Assembly: GCA_040397215.1 (NCBI GenBank)
Contig: JBBAWK010000004.1
From: Candidatus Limnocylindrus sp.
GTDB taxonomy: Bacteria > Chloroflexota > Limnocylindria > Limnocylindrales > Limnocylindraceae
Strand: one strand, 5' to 3'
DNA length: 64,000 bases
Part shown: positions 18,415 to 29,417 of the stretch, one piece after another
Layout: each line of letters starts with the position of its first letter
Numbering within the stretch: position 1 is the first letter of the stretch
Notes under the pieces: generated by a model
Database searches by the model: none
Seen by the model: the letters and a program-made list of their open reading frames with translations, nothing else
Told to the model about the DNA's origin: nothing
Translations under genes and position numbers: made by a program

Positions 18415-18535
18415 GATTGGAGCCTACCACCCGTTCCACCCACGTATCCGCCACCTATGGTTGACGTCGTCACGCCAAGGCACTTTCGGCGAGAATGGAG
18501 AGACAACAGGTACGACAGTAACGAGGAGGACGTGT

Positions 18536-18904
18536 ATGGCCGAACGTAAAGAGGCTGCGATAAGGTCAATCGCCGACCCACGACTCCTGACGACGGAGAC
18601 GCCTGCGCCGCCAGAGGCGGTGCGAGCGATTGCCGCACTCCTCGGCCGAGCGGCTGCCCCGCTCCGCCCTGAGCGGCGTGCGGCAACTCCACCCCCGACA
18701 CCGACGTCAGCGCCCGAAGTTCAGGCGCCCATCGACGGCCTGCGCGACCACGAGATTCTCGTGGAGGGCGAGCACAGCGACCTGATCCGGCTCGCCGCAC
18801 AAGAGATTGATCGCGTGAAGCGGCGCGCCAAGCGCGCTCGACGGGCGGTACGTGAGGCGCTCGCCCGCATCTCAACGCTAGGGGGCGACGAACTCGGCGG
18901 GTAA
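18536..18904 (+). CDS. Hypothetical protein (Pro-rich linker, C-terminal coiled coil)
   Basis: SD GAGGAGG before ATG 18536. Confidence 0.55.
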   Translation: MAERKEAAIRSIADPRLLTTETPAPPEAVRAIAALLGRAAAPLRPERRAATPPPTPTSAPEVQAPIDGLRDHEILVEGEHSDLIRLAAQEIDRVKRRAKRARRAVREALARISTLGGDELGG

Positions 18905-18909
18905 CCCCG

Positions 18910-20346
18910 CTACTGCGGGTCGGCGAGAACGAGCAGCTTGATCTCAGTCATCTCGTCCATCGTCCAGCGCACGCCCTCTCGACCAAGTCCGGAATCCTTC
19001 ACGCCGCCGTACGGCATGTTGTCGATGCGGTAGGTCGGCACATCATTAACTATGACGCCACCAACCTCCAACTGATCGAATGCAGCGCGAACATGCGCCA
19101 GGTCATTTGAGAAGAGTCCGCACTGCAGTCCGAAGCGGCTCTCATTCACCGCGGCAATGGCCGCTGAGAAGTCGCTGAAGCGTTCGATGATCACTACGGG
19201 GGCGAAGGCCTCTTCGCTGCAGATGCGCGCGTCGCGCGGCACGTTCGTCAAGATCGTTGGGGCGAAGAGTCTTGGGGTCTTTGGGTCTGCTGCGGCACCG
19301 CCGGCAATCACCTTCGCACCAGATGCAACCGCTTCGCTCACCCACTCCGCGGTGCGCGCCGCGGCGCCATCATCGATGAGCGGTCCGAGGTTGGTCTTCT
19401 CGTTCGCCGGGTCACCGAGCACCAGCTTCGCAGCACCGGCGGCGAACTGCTCCTCAAAGGCATCGGCCACAGACTCGTGTACAAAGATGCGCTGCACGCT
19501 GATGCAGACCTGACCGGCGTAGGCGAATGAGCCAACAAGCGAGCGCTTCACCGCCCACGAGAGATCTGCAGTGGCATCTACGATGCAGGCGGCATTGCCA
19601 CCGAGCTCAAGGATGACGCGCTTCTTGCCCGCACGCCCTTTCAGCGCCCAGCCAACGGTGGGTGACCCAGTGAACGAGAGCACCTTGAAGCGCTCGTCTT
19701 CAATCAGGCGATCCGCGTCGGGACGCGAGGTTGGAATCACACTAAGCCCGCCAGCTGGGAGGCCAGCATCGACGAGGATCTCCGCGACCTTCAGCATGAT
19801 CAACGGGTCGGCGCTCGGCGGCTTCAGCACCATGCTGCAGCCAACGGCAATGGCGGGTGCAACCTTATGGGCGGCAAGGTTCAGCGGGAAGTTGAACGGG
19901 CTGATTCCAAGCACTGGACCAACGGGAAATCGCTGCGTGATGCCGAGGCGGCCCTTGCTCGCCGGTGCCAGATCGAGCGGGATCGTCTCGCCGATCATCC
20001 GTTCCGCCTCTTCGGCAGCGAGTCGGAAGGTCAGCGCACCACGATCGATCTCTGCGCGTGCATCGCGGATCGGCTTCCCCGCCTCGGCGGAGAGAAGGGC
20101 TGCCAGTTCTTCGCGACGCTCGGTGATCTTTGCTGCGGTGGTGCGCAAGATTGCCCCACGCTCCCAGGCGCCAAGCGCTCGCATCGCGGTAAATCCGGTG
20201 ACGCTCCCGGCGGCGGCGCGTTCGACCTGTTCCGGCGTGGCGAGGTAGGTCGTACCGACCAGATGACCGTCGAAGGGCGACCGAATCTCGACGAGGTTCG
20301 GCGAGCTCTCCCATGCGCCTGCGACGAGGATCTTCTGCGGCTCCAT
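18910..20346 (-). CDS. Aldehyde dehydrogenase family protein
   Basis: SPFNFP, FTGS, LELGGN, GQVCIS, EEAFAP, PYGGVKDSGLGREG. Confidence 0.93.
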   Translation of the reverse strand: MEPQKILVAGAWESSPNLVEIRSPFDGHLVGTTYLATPEQVERAAAGSVTGFTAMRALGAWERGAILRTTAAKITERREELAALLSAEAGKPIRDARAEIDRGALTFRLAAEEAERMIGETIPLDLAPASKGRLGITQRFPVGPVLGISPFNFPLNLAAHKVAPAIAVGCSMVLKPPSADPLIMLKVAEILVDAGLPAGGLSVIPTSRPDADRLIEDERFKVLSFTGSPTVGWALKGRAGKKRVILELGGNAACIVDATADLSWAVKRSLVGSFAYAGQVCISVQRIFVHESVADAFEEQFAAGAAKLVLGDPANEKTNLGPLIDDGAAARTAEWVSEAVASGAKVIAGGAAADPKTPRLFAPTILTNVPRDARICSEEAFAPVVIIERFSDFSAAIAAVNESRFGLQCGLFSNDLAHVRAAFDQLEVGGVIVNDVPTYRIDNMPYGGVKDSGLGREGVRWTMDEMTEIKLLVLADPQ

Positions 20347-20381
20347 ATGGGGCGAGTCTAGCGGCGTGCGCCGCAGCGTGA

Positions 20382-21218
20382 TTAGAGCGCCTCGCCTCGT
20401 GGGTAACTGCCGAGGATGCGGCGCTCCAGCGTCACGTCGGCGAGCCCCTGCATCACGCCAAATATCTCGGGTGAGTCGGCCGCGCCGTCGAGGTCAAGCC
20501 AGAAGATGTACTCCCACTCCCCGACCCGATTTGGGCGTGACTCCAACTTGCTGATGTTGACGCCCGCCTTGGCAATCACTGCCAGTGCGGCGAGGAGCGT
20601 GCCTGGCTCGTTGCGCAGGCCGACGAGGAGTGTGGTGCGCGCTGGGCCGGCCTCGGCGTGTCGTGCTGGCCCACCCGCGCGCTGCACGATCCAGAAGCGC
20701 GTGCGATTCCCCTGCACCCCTTCGATTGGACCGGTGAGTGGGGTGAGTCCGTGGATCACTGCGGCGCGTGGCGAGAGCACAGCGGCGGCATCGCGCTCAC
20801 TCCGCTCGTGAATCATCGCTCCGGCCCCCGCCGTGTTGTAGGTCGTGAGGAGTGCCCAGGGCCGACTGCGCAGAAACTCCTCGGCTTGAGCAAGTGCCTG
20901 CGCGTGACTGTAGACGCGATCAACTTGCTCAAGGATCACACCAGGAAGGGCGGCGAGGACGAGCGAAACGGGCACCACCACTTCGCCAACGATCTCGAGT
21001 GCGCCGTCGCGCAGAAGATCGAGCGTCTCGCGCACGGTGCCATTGATCAGGTTCTCAATTGGCAGCACGCCGTAGATCGCTCGCCCACCAAGGACGGCTC
21101 CGCGAACGTCACCAAATGAAGAGACGCCCAGCGACGGGGCTGCAGCGCCGAAATAGGCGAGGAGTGCATCCTCGGCGAACGCGCCAGGCTCACCGGCGTA
21201 GGCGATCGCCTCGCTCAT
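20382..21218 (-). CDS. pheA: Prephenate dehydratase
   Basis: AYAGEPGAF, PIEN..G, VYSHAQALAQ, NRTRF, ACT-domain KLESRP; ATGA overlap with the cimA stop. Confidence 0.9.
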   Translation of the reverse strand: MSEAIAYAGEPGAFAEDALLAYFGAAAPSLGVSSFGDVRGAVLGGRAIYGVLPIENLINGTVRETLDLLRDGALEIVGEVVVPVSLVLAALPGVILEQVDRVYSHAQALAQAEEFLRSRPWALLTTYNTAGAGAMIHERSERDAAAVLSPRAAVIHGLTPLTGPIEGVQGNRTRFWIVQRAGGPARHAEAGPARTTLLVGLRNEPGTLLAALAVIAKAGVNISKLESRPNRVGEWEYIFWLDLDGAADSPEIFGVMQGLADVTLERRILGSYPRGEAL

Positions 21219-22876
21219 GAAGGTTGCTCGTTCACCGTGTCGCGCTCTGAGCGACGTGACACCTCGCCGCCCTGCAGGCGCAGTGCGTACTCCAGCGAGT
21301 CGGCAAGGGCCGCCGCTGACGCCGAGATGATGTTCTCGCCGACGCCCATGGTCGACCACGACTCGCCATCAGCGACAGAGTCAATGACGACACGCGTCTT
21401 CGCCCCAGTCGCCGACGAGCCGTCGAGGATGCGCACCTTGTAGTCAACGAGATGTACCGCATCGAGCTGCGGATAGAAGGCGCCGAGCGCCTTGCGCAGT
21501 GCGCGATCGAGTGCGTTCACCGGGCCGTTGCCGTCGGCGGCGGTGTGGAGGCGCTCCCCCGCAACCTCGACGCGCACGGTGGCCTCGGCACGCCCGGGCG
21601 CACCTTCACGCTGCTCCACGATCACGGTAAAGTCGACGATGGTGAACGGGGCAACGTAGGTGGGGCGGTGGCGCTCCACGAGCAATTGGAACGATGCCTC
21701 GGCGCCCTCGTAGCTTGCGCCAGCGGCCTCCATCTCCTTGACGAGCGTGGAGAGCGTCTTTGAGTCGAGTCCCGAGTTCGCGAGCTCCACGCCAAGCTCG
21801 GCGGCGCGGCTCCCCGTGTTCGCCTTGCCGCCTAGCTCCGAGACGACGAGGCGCCCGCGGTTGCCGACCAGGGCTGGATCAATGTGTTGATAGGCACGCG
21901 GCGTCTTTACCTGTGCCGCACCGTGCACACCCCCCTTGTGGGCGAACGCAGAGCGGCCAACGTACGGCTGATGATCGTCGGGGGCGAGGTTCGCAATCTC
22001 CGCCACCTCGTGGGAGAGGTGCGAGAGATCGGCGAGACGACCGGCGCCGGCGACGGTGTGCTGCGTCTTTAGGGCGAGGTTGGCGAGCAGGGAAACCATA
22101 TTGGCGTTCCCGGCGCGCTCGCCGTAGCCATTGATCGTCGCCTGCACGTGTCGCACGCCAGCATCCACCGCCGCAAGGGCATTCGCCACCGCGAGCTCGG
22201 CGTCGTTATGCGTGTGGATCCCCCACACGATCTCTTTCGCCGCCGCGTCGGCGGCAAGGGTCGCGCGCGCATCCTTCACGATCTCAGACATGCGACCGGT
22301 GAGTGTGCCGCCATTGGTGTCACAGAGGACGAGCGTTGAGGCACCAGCGTCGCGTGCGGCGCGCAGGGTATCGAGCGCGTAGTCACGATCTGCCTCAAAG
22401 CCGTCGAAGAAGTGCTCGGCGTCGTAGACCATCTCGCGCCCGCGTTCAGCGATGTAGGCGACGCTCTCAGAGATCATCGCAAGGTTCTCGACGCGCGACG
22501 CTTCGAGGACCGCCTCCACATGCAGCGTCCAGCTCTTGCCGAAGATCGTGACGATCGGCGTCTCGGCATCAAGGAGTGCATTGAGGTTGGCGTCGTCGCC
22601 AGGCTTATTCGACTTGTGGCGCGTGCTGCCGAACGCGGCGAGTCGTGCACGCTCCCATCGAATCTTCTTCGCTGCGGCGAAGAACTCAATGTCCTTCGGA
22701 TTGGAGCCTGGCCAACCGCCTTCGATCGCCAGCATTCCGAACTCGTCGAGCGCACGAGCGATGCGCAGCTTGTCTTGCAGTGAAAGGATCAGCCCCTCGC
22801 GCTGGACGCCGTCGCGAAGGGTCGTGTCGTAGAGGAGGACCGGCTCCCGATCGGCGGCGCTGGCGCTGGTTGTCAC
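21215..22876 (-). CDS. cimA: Citramalate synthase
   Basis: [41 protein letters not shown]. Confidence 0.92.
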   Translation of the reverse strand: MTTSASAADREPVLLYDTTLRDGVQREGLILSLQDKLRIARALDEFGMLAIEGGWPGSNPKDIEFFAAAKKIRWERARLAAFGSTRHKSNKPGDDANLNALLDAETPIVTIFGKSWTLHVEAVLEASRVENLAMISESVAYIAERGREMVYDAEHFFDGFEADRDYALDTLRAARDAGASTLVLCDTNGGTLTGRMSEIVKDARATLAADAAAKEIVWGIHTHNDAELAVANALAAVDAGVRHVQATINGYGERAGNANMVSLLANLALKTQHTVAGAGRLADLSHLSHEVAEIANLAPDDHQPYVGRSAFAHKGGVHGAAQVKTPRAYQHIDPALVGNRGRLVVSELGGKANTGSRAAELGVELANSGLDSKTLSTLVKEMEAAGASYEGAEASFQLLVERHRPTYVAPFTIVDFTVIVEQREGAPGRAEATVRVEVAGERLHTAADGNGPVNALDRALRKALGAFYPQLDAVHLVDYKVRILDGSSATGAKTRVVIDSVADGESWSTMGVGENIISASAAALADSLEYALRLQGGEVSRRSERDTVNEQPS

Positions 22877-24048
22877 TTGAGGCTCAGCAGCTGCTCCACG
22901 ATGGCGTCGGTCGCCTCGCGGGTGCCTGCAAGGGTGAAGCCGGCGGCGCGGGCACCAGCGGCGTCGAGCCCTGAGGCAAGGTCTGCGGTGCGCACGCCCA
23001 TACGGATGGTGTTGGCGACCGCCTGCTCAACGGCGGCGGCGGCATCGGCGCGGCCGAGCGACTCGCGCAGCAGCATCGCCCCCGAGAGGATCGTGCCGAT
23101 CGGATTCGCCAGATTCTTCCCCGCAATGTCGGGGGCGGATCCGTGGATCGGCTCGTAGAGGCCGAAGGTGCCGTGAGCGGTACGTCGCGCACCGAGTGCG
23201 GCGGAGGGGAGCATGCCGAGTGAGCCGGCGAGGACGGCGGCCTCATCAGAGAGGATGTCGCCGAAGAGGTTCTCGGTGACAACTACATCAAAGGTGGCTG
23301 GCCAGGTGGCGAGCAGCATCGCGGTGGAGTCGACAAGGCGATGCTCCAACTTCACGTCTGGGTAGTCGGCGCCAACCTCGGTCACGACCTTGCGCCAGAG
23401 TCGGCTGGTGGAGAGGACGTTCGCCTTGTCGACTGAGGTGACCGACTTTCGTCGCGTGCGTGCCAACTCAAACGCGATCACGGCGACACGGTGAATCTCA
23501 TCTTCGTGATACGGCAGCGTGTCGACGGCGCGGCGCCCTGTTGGCGTTACCTCTTCACCCGACGGCTTGCCGAAGTAGAGACCGCCGGTGAGCTCGCGCA
23601 CCATCAGCATGTCAACGCCCTTCAGGCGCTCGGCCTTCAGCGGCGAAGCGTCGGCGAGCTCTGGGTAGATCGTGACTGGGCGCAGGTTGGCGAAGAGTTC
23701 GTAGCGCGTGCGGAAGGCGAAGAGCGCCTGCTCCGGTCGGACGGTACCGTTCGGGTTGTCCCACTTCGGTCCGCCGACGGCGCCAAGGAGCAGCGCGTCG
23801 GCTGTATCGGCAACCAGCAGGTCCTCTTCGCGAACGGCAACGCCGTACGCGTCAATGGCGCAGCCACCGGCCAAGATCTCGCGCCAGGCGAGCTTGAAGC
23901 CAAACTTCGATCCTGCCGCATCGAGCACGCGCCGCGCCGCTGCGACCACATCAGGGCCAACTCCATCCCCTGGAATGGTGACGATCAGGTGATCTGCAGC
24001 ACCGTCGCGCAGCGCCGAGAAGAGTGGTGCCGTTAGAGTCTCGCTCAC
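22873..24048 (-). CDS. leuB: 3-isopropylmalate dehydrogenase
   Basis: PGDGVGP, GAVGGPKWD, RELTGGLYFG, ENLFGDILSDEA, YEPIHGSAPDIAG. Confidence 0.96.
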   Translation of the reverse strand: MSETLTAPLFSALRDGAADHLIVTIPGDGVGPDVVAAARRVLDAAGSKFGFKLAWREILAGGCAIDAYGVAVREEDLLVADTADALLLGAVGGPKWDNPNGTVRPEQALFAFRTRYELFANLRPVTIYPELADASPLKAERLKGVDMLMVRELTGGLYFGKPSGEEVTPTGRRAVDTLPYHEDEIHRVAVIAFELARTRRKSVTSVDKANVLSTSRLWRKVVTEVGADYPDVKLEHRLVDSTAMLLATWPATFDVVVTENLFGDILSDEAAVLAGSLGMLPSAALGARRTAHGTFGLYEPIHGSAPDIAGKNLANPIGTILSGAMLLRESLGRADAAAAVEQAVANTIRMGVRTADLASGLDAAGARAAGFTLAGTREATDAIVEQLLSLK

Positions 24049-25685
24049 TGCATCGCCTCGCGCGATCCCTTCGTTGGCGCGCTTGCCGACCCCGACTCAA
24101 GCGCAGCGAGCTTGTTCGCTGCAGAGACGTAGGCGACGAGTGACGCATCGATGATGTTCGTGGAGAGGCCCTGCCCCGTGACGATCGGCACGTTCGGAAG
24201 TGGCTTCCCCTCTGCATCAAGATCGGTAGAGCGGCGACACTTCGCCGTCACCTGACCCTGGGCATCCTCCCCCTCGCTGACCGCACGAATCTCGTACTCG
24301 GCGAGGATTGGTCGCCAGCCGAGGGTTGGGGTCACCGCCTTATCAAGCGCCTCATAGAGCGCATCTACCGGTCCGTTGCCGGTGGACTCGGCCGTAGCCT
24401 CGACCCCGTTCACACGTACCTCGACGCGACCCGACGAACCGCCGCCGCGCGAGCTGGCAACGCTCCAGTCCAGGAGCTCAATCGTTGCGGCGCTACCGGT
24501 AGCGGCGCGCTTGTCGACGAGCGCAAGGAGGTCGGCGTCGGTCAGCTCCTTCTTCACATCGGCTAGGGCGATCGCCTCGCGGTAGAGGGCATCGAGCGCC
24601 TCGCCGCTGAGGTCGTGACCGAGCTCGGCAAACTTTGCCTGCAGGCCACGGCGACCTGAGAGCTTGCCGATGGTGAGGCTTGAGCCGAGCAGCCCAACCG
24701 ACTGCGGCGTCATGATCTCGTAGGTCAACGGATTCTTCAGCACACCATCCTGATGGATTCCCGACTCGTGGGCGAATGCATTCGCGCCAACGATCGCCTT
24801 GTTCGGCTGCACGGCAAATCCGGTCAGATACGAGACGAGCCGGCTTGCCGACGTCAACTGCTCCGTCTGCACTTGAATGTTGTGCGACTCAAACTGCCCT
24901 GGTCGGGTGCGCAGCGCCATCACGACCTCTTCGAGTGAGGCGTTGCCGGCACGCTCGCCGAGTCCGTTGATCGTTACCTCAACCTGACGAGCACCAGCCT
25001 GCACCGCCGCCAACGTATTGGCGGTCGCAAGGCCGAGATCGTTGTGGCAGTGAACGCTGATCGTGGCATCGCGTCCAACGCGATCCACCACCAACTTCGT
25101 GAGCGCGGCGTACTCCGACGGAATGGCGTAGCCGACCGTGTCAGGGATGTTGACCGTTGAGGCGCCCGCCTCGACCACGGCCTCATATACCTGCAGCAGG
25201 TAGTCGTGATCGGTGCGGCTCGCATCTTCGGCGGAGAACTCCACCTCAGCATCGCGACCGAGCTTCTCGCGCGCGTACTTCACCCACTTCACCGCTTCGG
25301 CGAGTGCCGCCTCGCGCGTGGTGCGCAGCTTGTAGGTGAGGTGAATGTCGGAGGTGGCGATAAAGAGATGCAGGTGTGGTCGATCCGACACCTTGATCGC
25401 GTCGATGGCACGCTGCGGATCGCCATCCTTGCAGCGGGCAAGAGCGGCGATGCCGATCCCCTTCGTGGCGAGGGCGATCTGTCGCACCGCCTCAAAGTCG
25501 CCCTCAGAGGCTGCGGGGAAGCCCGCCTCAATGACGTCAACCTTCAGCTTGGCGAGTTGTCGAGCAACCTCCAGTTTCTCGGCAACGGTGAGGCCGGCGC
25601 CAGGCGCCTGCTCACCGTCGCGCAGGGTTGTGTCGAAGATGCGAACGGCGCCGGTGGCGACGCCAGGGCCCGGTGCCCCGTTCAC
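24045..25685 (-). CDS. leuA: 2-isopropylmalate synthase
   Basis: [35 protein letters not shown]. Confidence 0.96.
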   Translation of the reverse strand: MNGAPGPGVATGAVRIFDTTLRDGEQAPGAGLTVAEKLEVARQLAKLKVDVIEAGFPAASEGDFEAVRQIALATKGIGIAALARCKDGDPQRAIDAIKVSDRPHLHLFIATSDIHLTYKLRTTREAALAEAVKWVKYAREKLGRDAEVEFSAEDASRTDHDYLLQVYEAVVEAGASTVNIPDTVGYAIPSEYAALTKLVVDRVGRDATISVHCHNDLGLATANTLAAVQAGARQVEVTINGLGERAGNASLEEVVMALRTRPGQFESHNIQVQTEQLTSASRLVSYLTGFAVQPNKAIVGANAFAHESGIHQDGVLKNPLTYEIMTPQSVGLLGSSLTIGKLSGRRGLQAKFAELGHDLSGEALDALYREAIALADVKKELTDADLLALVDKRAATGSAATIELLDWSVASSRGGGSSGRVEVRVNGVEATAESTGNGPVDALYEALDKAVTPTLGWRPILAEYEIRAVSEGEDAQGQVTAKCRRSTDLDAEGKPLPNVPIVTGQGLSTNIIDASLVAYVSAANKLAALESGSASAPTKGSREAMQ

Positions 25686-26731
25686 TTGCCAGCGCCCTTC
25701 TCCGCGGCGCCCTGTGCGCCATCCATGTCGACCTCGACTGGATTCAAGAAGGTCATCTGGTGGCGCAGCGCCTTGCCGACCTTCTCAATTGGGTGGCCCG
25801 AGTTTGCGGCGCGCAAGCGCTTGTACTCTGGACGGCCCGCCTCATCTTCAGCAATCCAACGCTTGGCGAAGGTGCCATCCTGAATCTCGGTGAGCACCTC
25901 CTTCATGCGCGCCTTCACCGACGCATCAATGATGCGCGGGCCCGACGTGTAGTCGCCCCACTCTGCGGTGTCAGAAACAGAGAAGCGCATAAAGTCGAGT
26001 CCGCCGCGATACATCAGGTCGACGATGAGCTTCAACTCATGCATCGTCTCGAAGTAGGCGAGCTCTGGGTCGTAGCCAGCCTCAACCAGCGTCTCCCACG
26101 CACTCTTCACGAGTTGCGCGGTGCCGCCGCAGAGCACAGCCTGTTCGCCGAAGAGATCGCTCTCGGTCTCATCCTTGAAGGTCGTCTCCATGATTCCGGC
26201 GCGCGTGCAGCCGAGTCCGTTGGCGTACGCCATGACTCGAGCACGTGCAGTGCCGCTCGCCTCTTGCCCAACGGCGAAGAGCGCAGGCACACCGCCGCCG
26301 GATACGTAGACGGAGCGCACGAGGTGGCCTGGCCCCTTCGGCGCGATCATGCCGACATCGGTTCCCTCGGCTGGCTTGATGCGACCGAAATGAATATTGA
26401 AGCCGTGAGCAAACAGCAGCAGTGCACCCTTCTTCAAGTTGCCTGCGATTTCGCTGTCATAAAGAGCCTTCTGCGCCGTGTCTGGCGCGGCGATCATCAC
26501 CACATCGGCACGCTTCGTCGCCTCGGCGGCGGTGAAGACCTCAAAGCCGTCAGCGGCGGCAACGGCGCGGCTCTTCGAGCCTTCCTTGAGACCGATGATG
26601 ACGGTGAGCCCCGACTCCTTCAGGTTGCGAGCGTGGGCGTGCCCCTGGCTGCCGTACCCGATCACGGCGATGACCTGACCCTTCAGGGCCTCGAGTGGCG
26701 CCTCGGCGCTGTAGTACATCTTCACGCTCAT
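25682..26731 (-). CDS. ilvC: Ketol-acid reductoisomerase
   Basis: [34 protein letters not shown]. Confidence 0.97.
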   Translation of the reverse strand: MSVKMYYSAEAPLEALKGQVIAVIGYGSQGHAHARNLKESGLTVIIGLKEGSKSRAVAAADGFEVFTAAEATKRADVVMIAAPDTAQKALYDSEIAGNLKKGALLLFAHGFNIHFGRIKPAEGTDVGMIAPKGPGHLVRSVYVSGGGVPALFAVGQEASGTARARVMAYANGLGCTRAGIMETTFKDETESDLFGEQAVLCGGTAQLVKSAWETLVEAGYDPELAYFETMHELKLIVDLMYRGGLDFMRFSVSDTAEWGDYTSGPRIIDASVKARMKEVLTEIQDGTFAKRWIAEDEAGRPEYKRLRAANSGHPIEKVGKALRHQMTFLNPVEVDMDGAQGAAEKGAGK

Positions 26732-27279
26732 CGCTTCACCTGCTCCTCAATTGACCCGCTGCCGCGGGACATCACTACTGAGCCGGTTCGCACCAGCTCC
26801 TTGATTCCGAACTCCCGAAGGAGCTCGACCAACGTGTCGATCTCGGTTGGGTCCCCAACCGCCTCGACGATCACCGCCTCATCACCAAGGTCGACCACCT
26901 TGGAGCGATGCATCTCCGCCACGCTCACAATCTCGGGACGCGTCCGCTTGGTTGCGCGCACCTTGATCAGGGCGAATTCGTGCTCGACGATCGACTCGTC
27001 GGTCACATCCTGCACCTTCAGCACATCGATCAGCTTGTAGAGCTGCTTCGCAGCCTGCTCCACGTGCACCTCATCGCCGACGATCGTGAGGGTCATGCGC
27101 GACGTGTCGCTGCGCTCCGTCACCGAGACGGCGAGCGACTCAATGTTGAAGTTACGCGCGCGCATCAGGCTCGCCACGCGGTTCAGCACACCCGGCTTGT
27201 TGTTGACGATTGCCACGATCAGGTGGCGACGCTCCTCACCCGAGCCTGGAAGAGACCGCGCCGTTGAGCCAGTGCTCAC
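26728..27279 (-). CDS. ilvN: Acetolactate synthase small subunit
   Basis: [29 protein letters not shown]. Confidence 0.95.
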   Translation of the reverse strand: MSTGSTARSLPGSGEERRHLIVAIVNNKPGVLNRVASLMRARNFNIESLAVSVTERSDTSRMTLTIVGDEVHVEQAAKQLYKLIDVLKVQDVTDESIVEHEFALIKVRATKRTRPEIVSVAEMHRSKVVDLGDEAVIVEAVGDPTEIDTLVELLREFGIKELVRTGSVVMSRGSGSIEEQVKR

Positions 27280-29174
27280 CTCGCGCCTCTGCTCTGCGGA
27301 TCTGTGGGGTCCACACGCGGGCCGCTGGCCCCGTCCGTCGCGTCTTCGCCGTCATCGCCCCACTTGTCGATCAGGTCGGAGAGACCCTTCCCCGCCGGCA
27401 TCATCGGGTAAACGTTCTGTCGCTCGGCGATCTCGAACCAGATCAGCGCTGGGCCATCAGCGGCTAGCGCTGCGGCAACCGCAGCATCAACCTCCTCAGG
27501 CTTAGCGACCTTCCACGCAGGGAGGCCGTACGCCTCACACAACTTCAGGTAATCAGGTCCCGCCAACTCCTCGGAGTGGTAGTTACCGCCATACACGATC
27601 TCTTGCCACTGGCGAATCATGCCGAGCTTCTTGTTGTCCATCAGCGCGATCTTTACGGGGATGCGCTCTTGCACGATGGTTGCCAACTCCTGCAAAGTCA
27701 TCTGGAACCCACCATCGCCAGCGATTGCCCACGAGACCTTGTCTGGTACCGCAACGGCGGCGCCCATTGCCGCGGGGAGGGCGAAGCCCATGGTGCCGAG
27801 TCCACCCGATGAGAGGTGCGAGTTGGCACGGCGGAATCCGCCGTAGCGAGCGACCCACATCTGGTTCTGGCCCACGTCGGCGGTGAGGTTGGCATCGAAG
27901 TTTGAGCCTGCTGCAACGCGCTCAACAACGAAGTCGGCTGAGAGCACCCCGTCACGGAACCCGCCAGAGCCGTGCCACGACGAGGCTTCGCTCTCGGTGC
28001 GCCACGTTGCAAGTTCGGCAAAGTAGTCGACTCGATTGGTTGGATCCACCTTGGTGATGAGTGGGAGGAGCGCGTCGAGCACGTGCTTCGCATCGCCCAC
28101 GATTGGCAGATCGGCAACCACGTTCTTTCCGATCTCCGCCGGATCAATATCGATGTGCACGATCTTCGCCTTCGGCGCATAGGTGCGCACGTTCCCCGTC
28201 ACGCGGTCATCGAAGCGCATGCCGATGCCGATCAGAAGATCAGCCGACTGGATCGCACGGTTCACATGCTTCCAGCCGTGCATCCCCATGTAGCCGTAGG
28301 CGAGCGGGTCGGTTTCATCAATGACGCCGATGCCGAGCAGAGTCCAGGTGATTGGAATCTGCGCCGCGCGGGCCAACTCGAGCAGCTCGCGTTCTGCATG
28401 AGCGATCAGCACACCATGCCCCGCAAGGATGACCGGACGCTTTGCACCAGCGATCTCCCCCGCGAGCAGCTTGATCTGACGTGGATGACCATCGAGCTTC
28501 GGCTTATAGCCAGGGAGCCCCGCCTCAACATCGGCGGCCGAGGGGTGCGTTGCCGTGGTCTGGCCCATCAGCGCATCCTTGGTGATGTCAACGTGCACCG
28601 GCCCAGGTCGTCCGCTACGCGCAAGGTGGAATGCCTCAGCAATCACGTGCGGAATCTCATCGGCGCTGCGCACCAGATAGTTGTGCTTCGTCATTGGCAG
28701 CGTGATGCCGGTGATGTCGATCTCTTGGAAGGCGTCCTTGCCGATGAGGGCGTTTGGAACGTTCCCTGTGATCACCACGAGCGGCACGGAGTCGAGCATT
28801 GCGGTGCCAATGCCGGTGACGAGGTTGGTGGCACCAGGGCCAGAGGTGCCCAGGCACACTCCAACGTTGCCAGAGGCGCGTGCGTAGCCATCAGCAGCGT
28901 GCGAGGCCGCCTGCTCGTGACGGACCAAGATGTGGCGCAGCTCGGGGTGGTCAACGAGCACGTCATAGAGCGGCAGGATCACGCCACCTGGATAGCCCCA
29001 GATGGTGTCGCTCCCCTGCAGCAGGATCGCCTCGCAGAGTGCGTCGGCGCCGATGCGTGGGCGTACGCCGTCACGAGCGGTGATGCGGGCATCGCGCAAC
29101 ATGTCACGTCGCGCGCGCTCTGCAGCACTCGCGGCCGGAGTTCCTGCGCCTGGTACGTGACCTGCCTGTGTCAT
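27276..29174 (-). CDS. ilvB: Acetolactate synthase large subunit
   Basis: GYPGG, RHEQ, TSGPGATN, DAFQE, GMHG, RFDDRVTG, GDGGFQMT. Confidence 0.96.
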   Translation of the reverse strand: MTQAGHVPGAGTPAASAAERARRDMLRDARITARDGVRPRIGADALCEAILLQGSDTIWGYPGGVILPLYDVLVDHPELRHILVRHEQAASHAADGYARASGNVGVCLGTSGPGATNLVTGIGTAMLDSVPLVVITGNVPNALIGKDAFQEIDITGITLPMTKHNYLVRSADEIPHVIAEAFHLARSGRPGPVHVDITKDALMGQTTATHPSAADVEAGLPGYKPKLDGHPRQIKLLAGEIAGAKRPVILAGHGVLIAHAERELLELARAAQIPITWTLLGIGVIDETDPLAYGYMGMHGWKHVNRAIQSADLLIGIGMRFDDRVTGNVRTYAPKAKIVHIDIDPAEIGKNVVADLPIVGDAKHVLDALLPLITKVDPTNRVDYFAELATWRTESEASSWHGSGGFRDGVLSADFVVERVAAGSNFDANLTADVGQNQMWVARYGGFRRANSHLSSGGLGTMGFALPAAMGAAVAVPDKVSWAIAGDGGFQMTLQELATIVQERIPVKIALMDNKKLGMIRQWQEIVYGGNYHSEELAGPDYLKLCEAYGLPAWKVAKPEEVDAAVAAALAADGPALIWFEIAERQNVYPMMPAGKGLSDLIDKWGDDGEDATDGASGPRVDPTDPQSRGAR

Positions 29175-29194
29175 CGATCCCCCTTCACTTCGTT

Positions 29195-29223
29195 AATAAA
29201 AAACCCCGCCTCTTTGGCGGGGC
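29195..29223 (-). terminator. Attenuator terminator of the ilv-leu-pheA operon
   Basis: Minus strand reads GCCCCGCC-AAAGA-GGCGGGGU followed by UUUUUAUU, about 20 nt before ilvB. Confidence 0.9.
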
Positions 29224-29266
29224 TCTGAAGTTTCCTTCGGGCGGTATCTCCGCGCCTCTGGTCTCC

Positions 29267-29386
29267 TCAGCCCCGCCGGGGCTGAATAAGCAGCCCGAGT
29301 AGGTTGCTAATGCCCCCAATAAGGGCCCCGAAGAGCACAAAGAGAGTACCGAAGACTGGAGTCAAGAGCAGTGCGCCATTTGTCAT
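29267..29386 (-). CDS. Leader peptide of the ilv-leu operon attenuator (39 aa)
   Basis: MTNGALLLTPVFGTLFVLFGALIGGISNLLGLLIQPRRG*: 10 Leu, 3 Ile, 2 Val, 3 Phe; ATG 6 nt after TAGGCT; its 3' end GGCGGGGCU is complementary to the terminator 5' arm. Confidence 0.88.
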   Translation of the reverse strand: MTNGALLLTPVFGTLFVLFGALIGGISNLLGLLIQPRRG

Positions 29387-29417
29387 GGGTGCAGCCTACC
29401 AGAGCCTGTGTAGGCGA

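Noticed and set aside
18462-18472. TGACG-T-CGTCA mini-palindrome upstream of 18536
   Set aside because: Only 5-bp arms and a single occurrence; compatible with chance
25628-27040. 470 aa plus-strand ORF, and similar long antisense ORFs (e.g. 6731-8017, 27972-29228, 31514-32680, 39940-40971, 47111-48202)
   Set aside because: Shadow ORFs opposite well-supported genes, expected at high GC; no motifs
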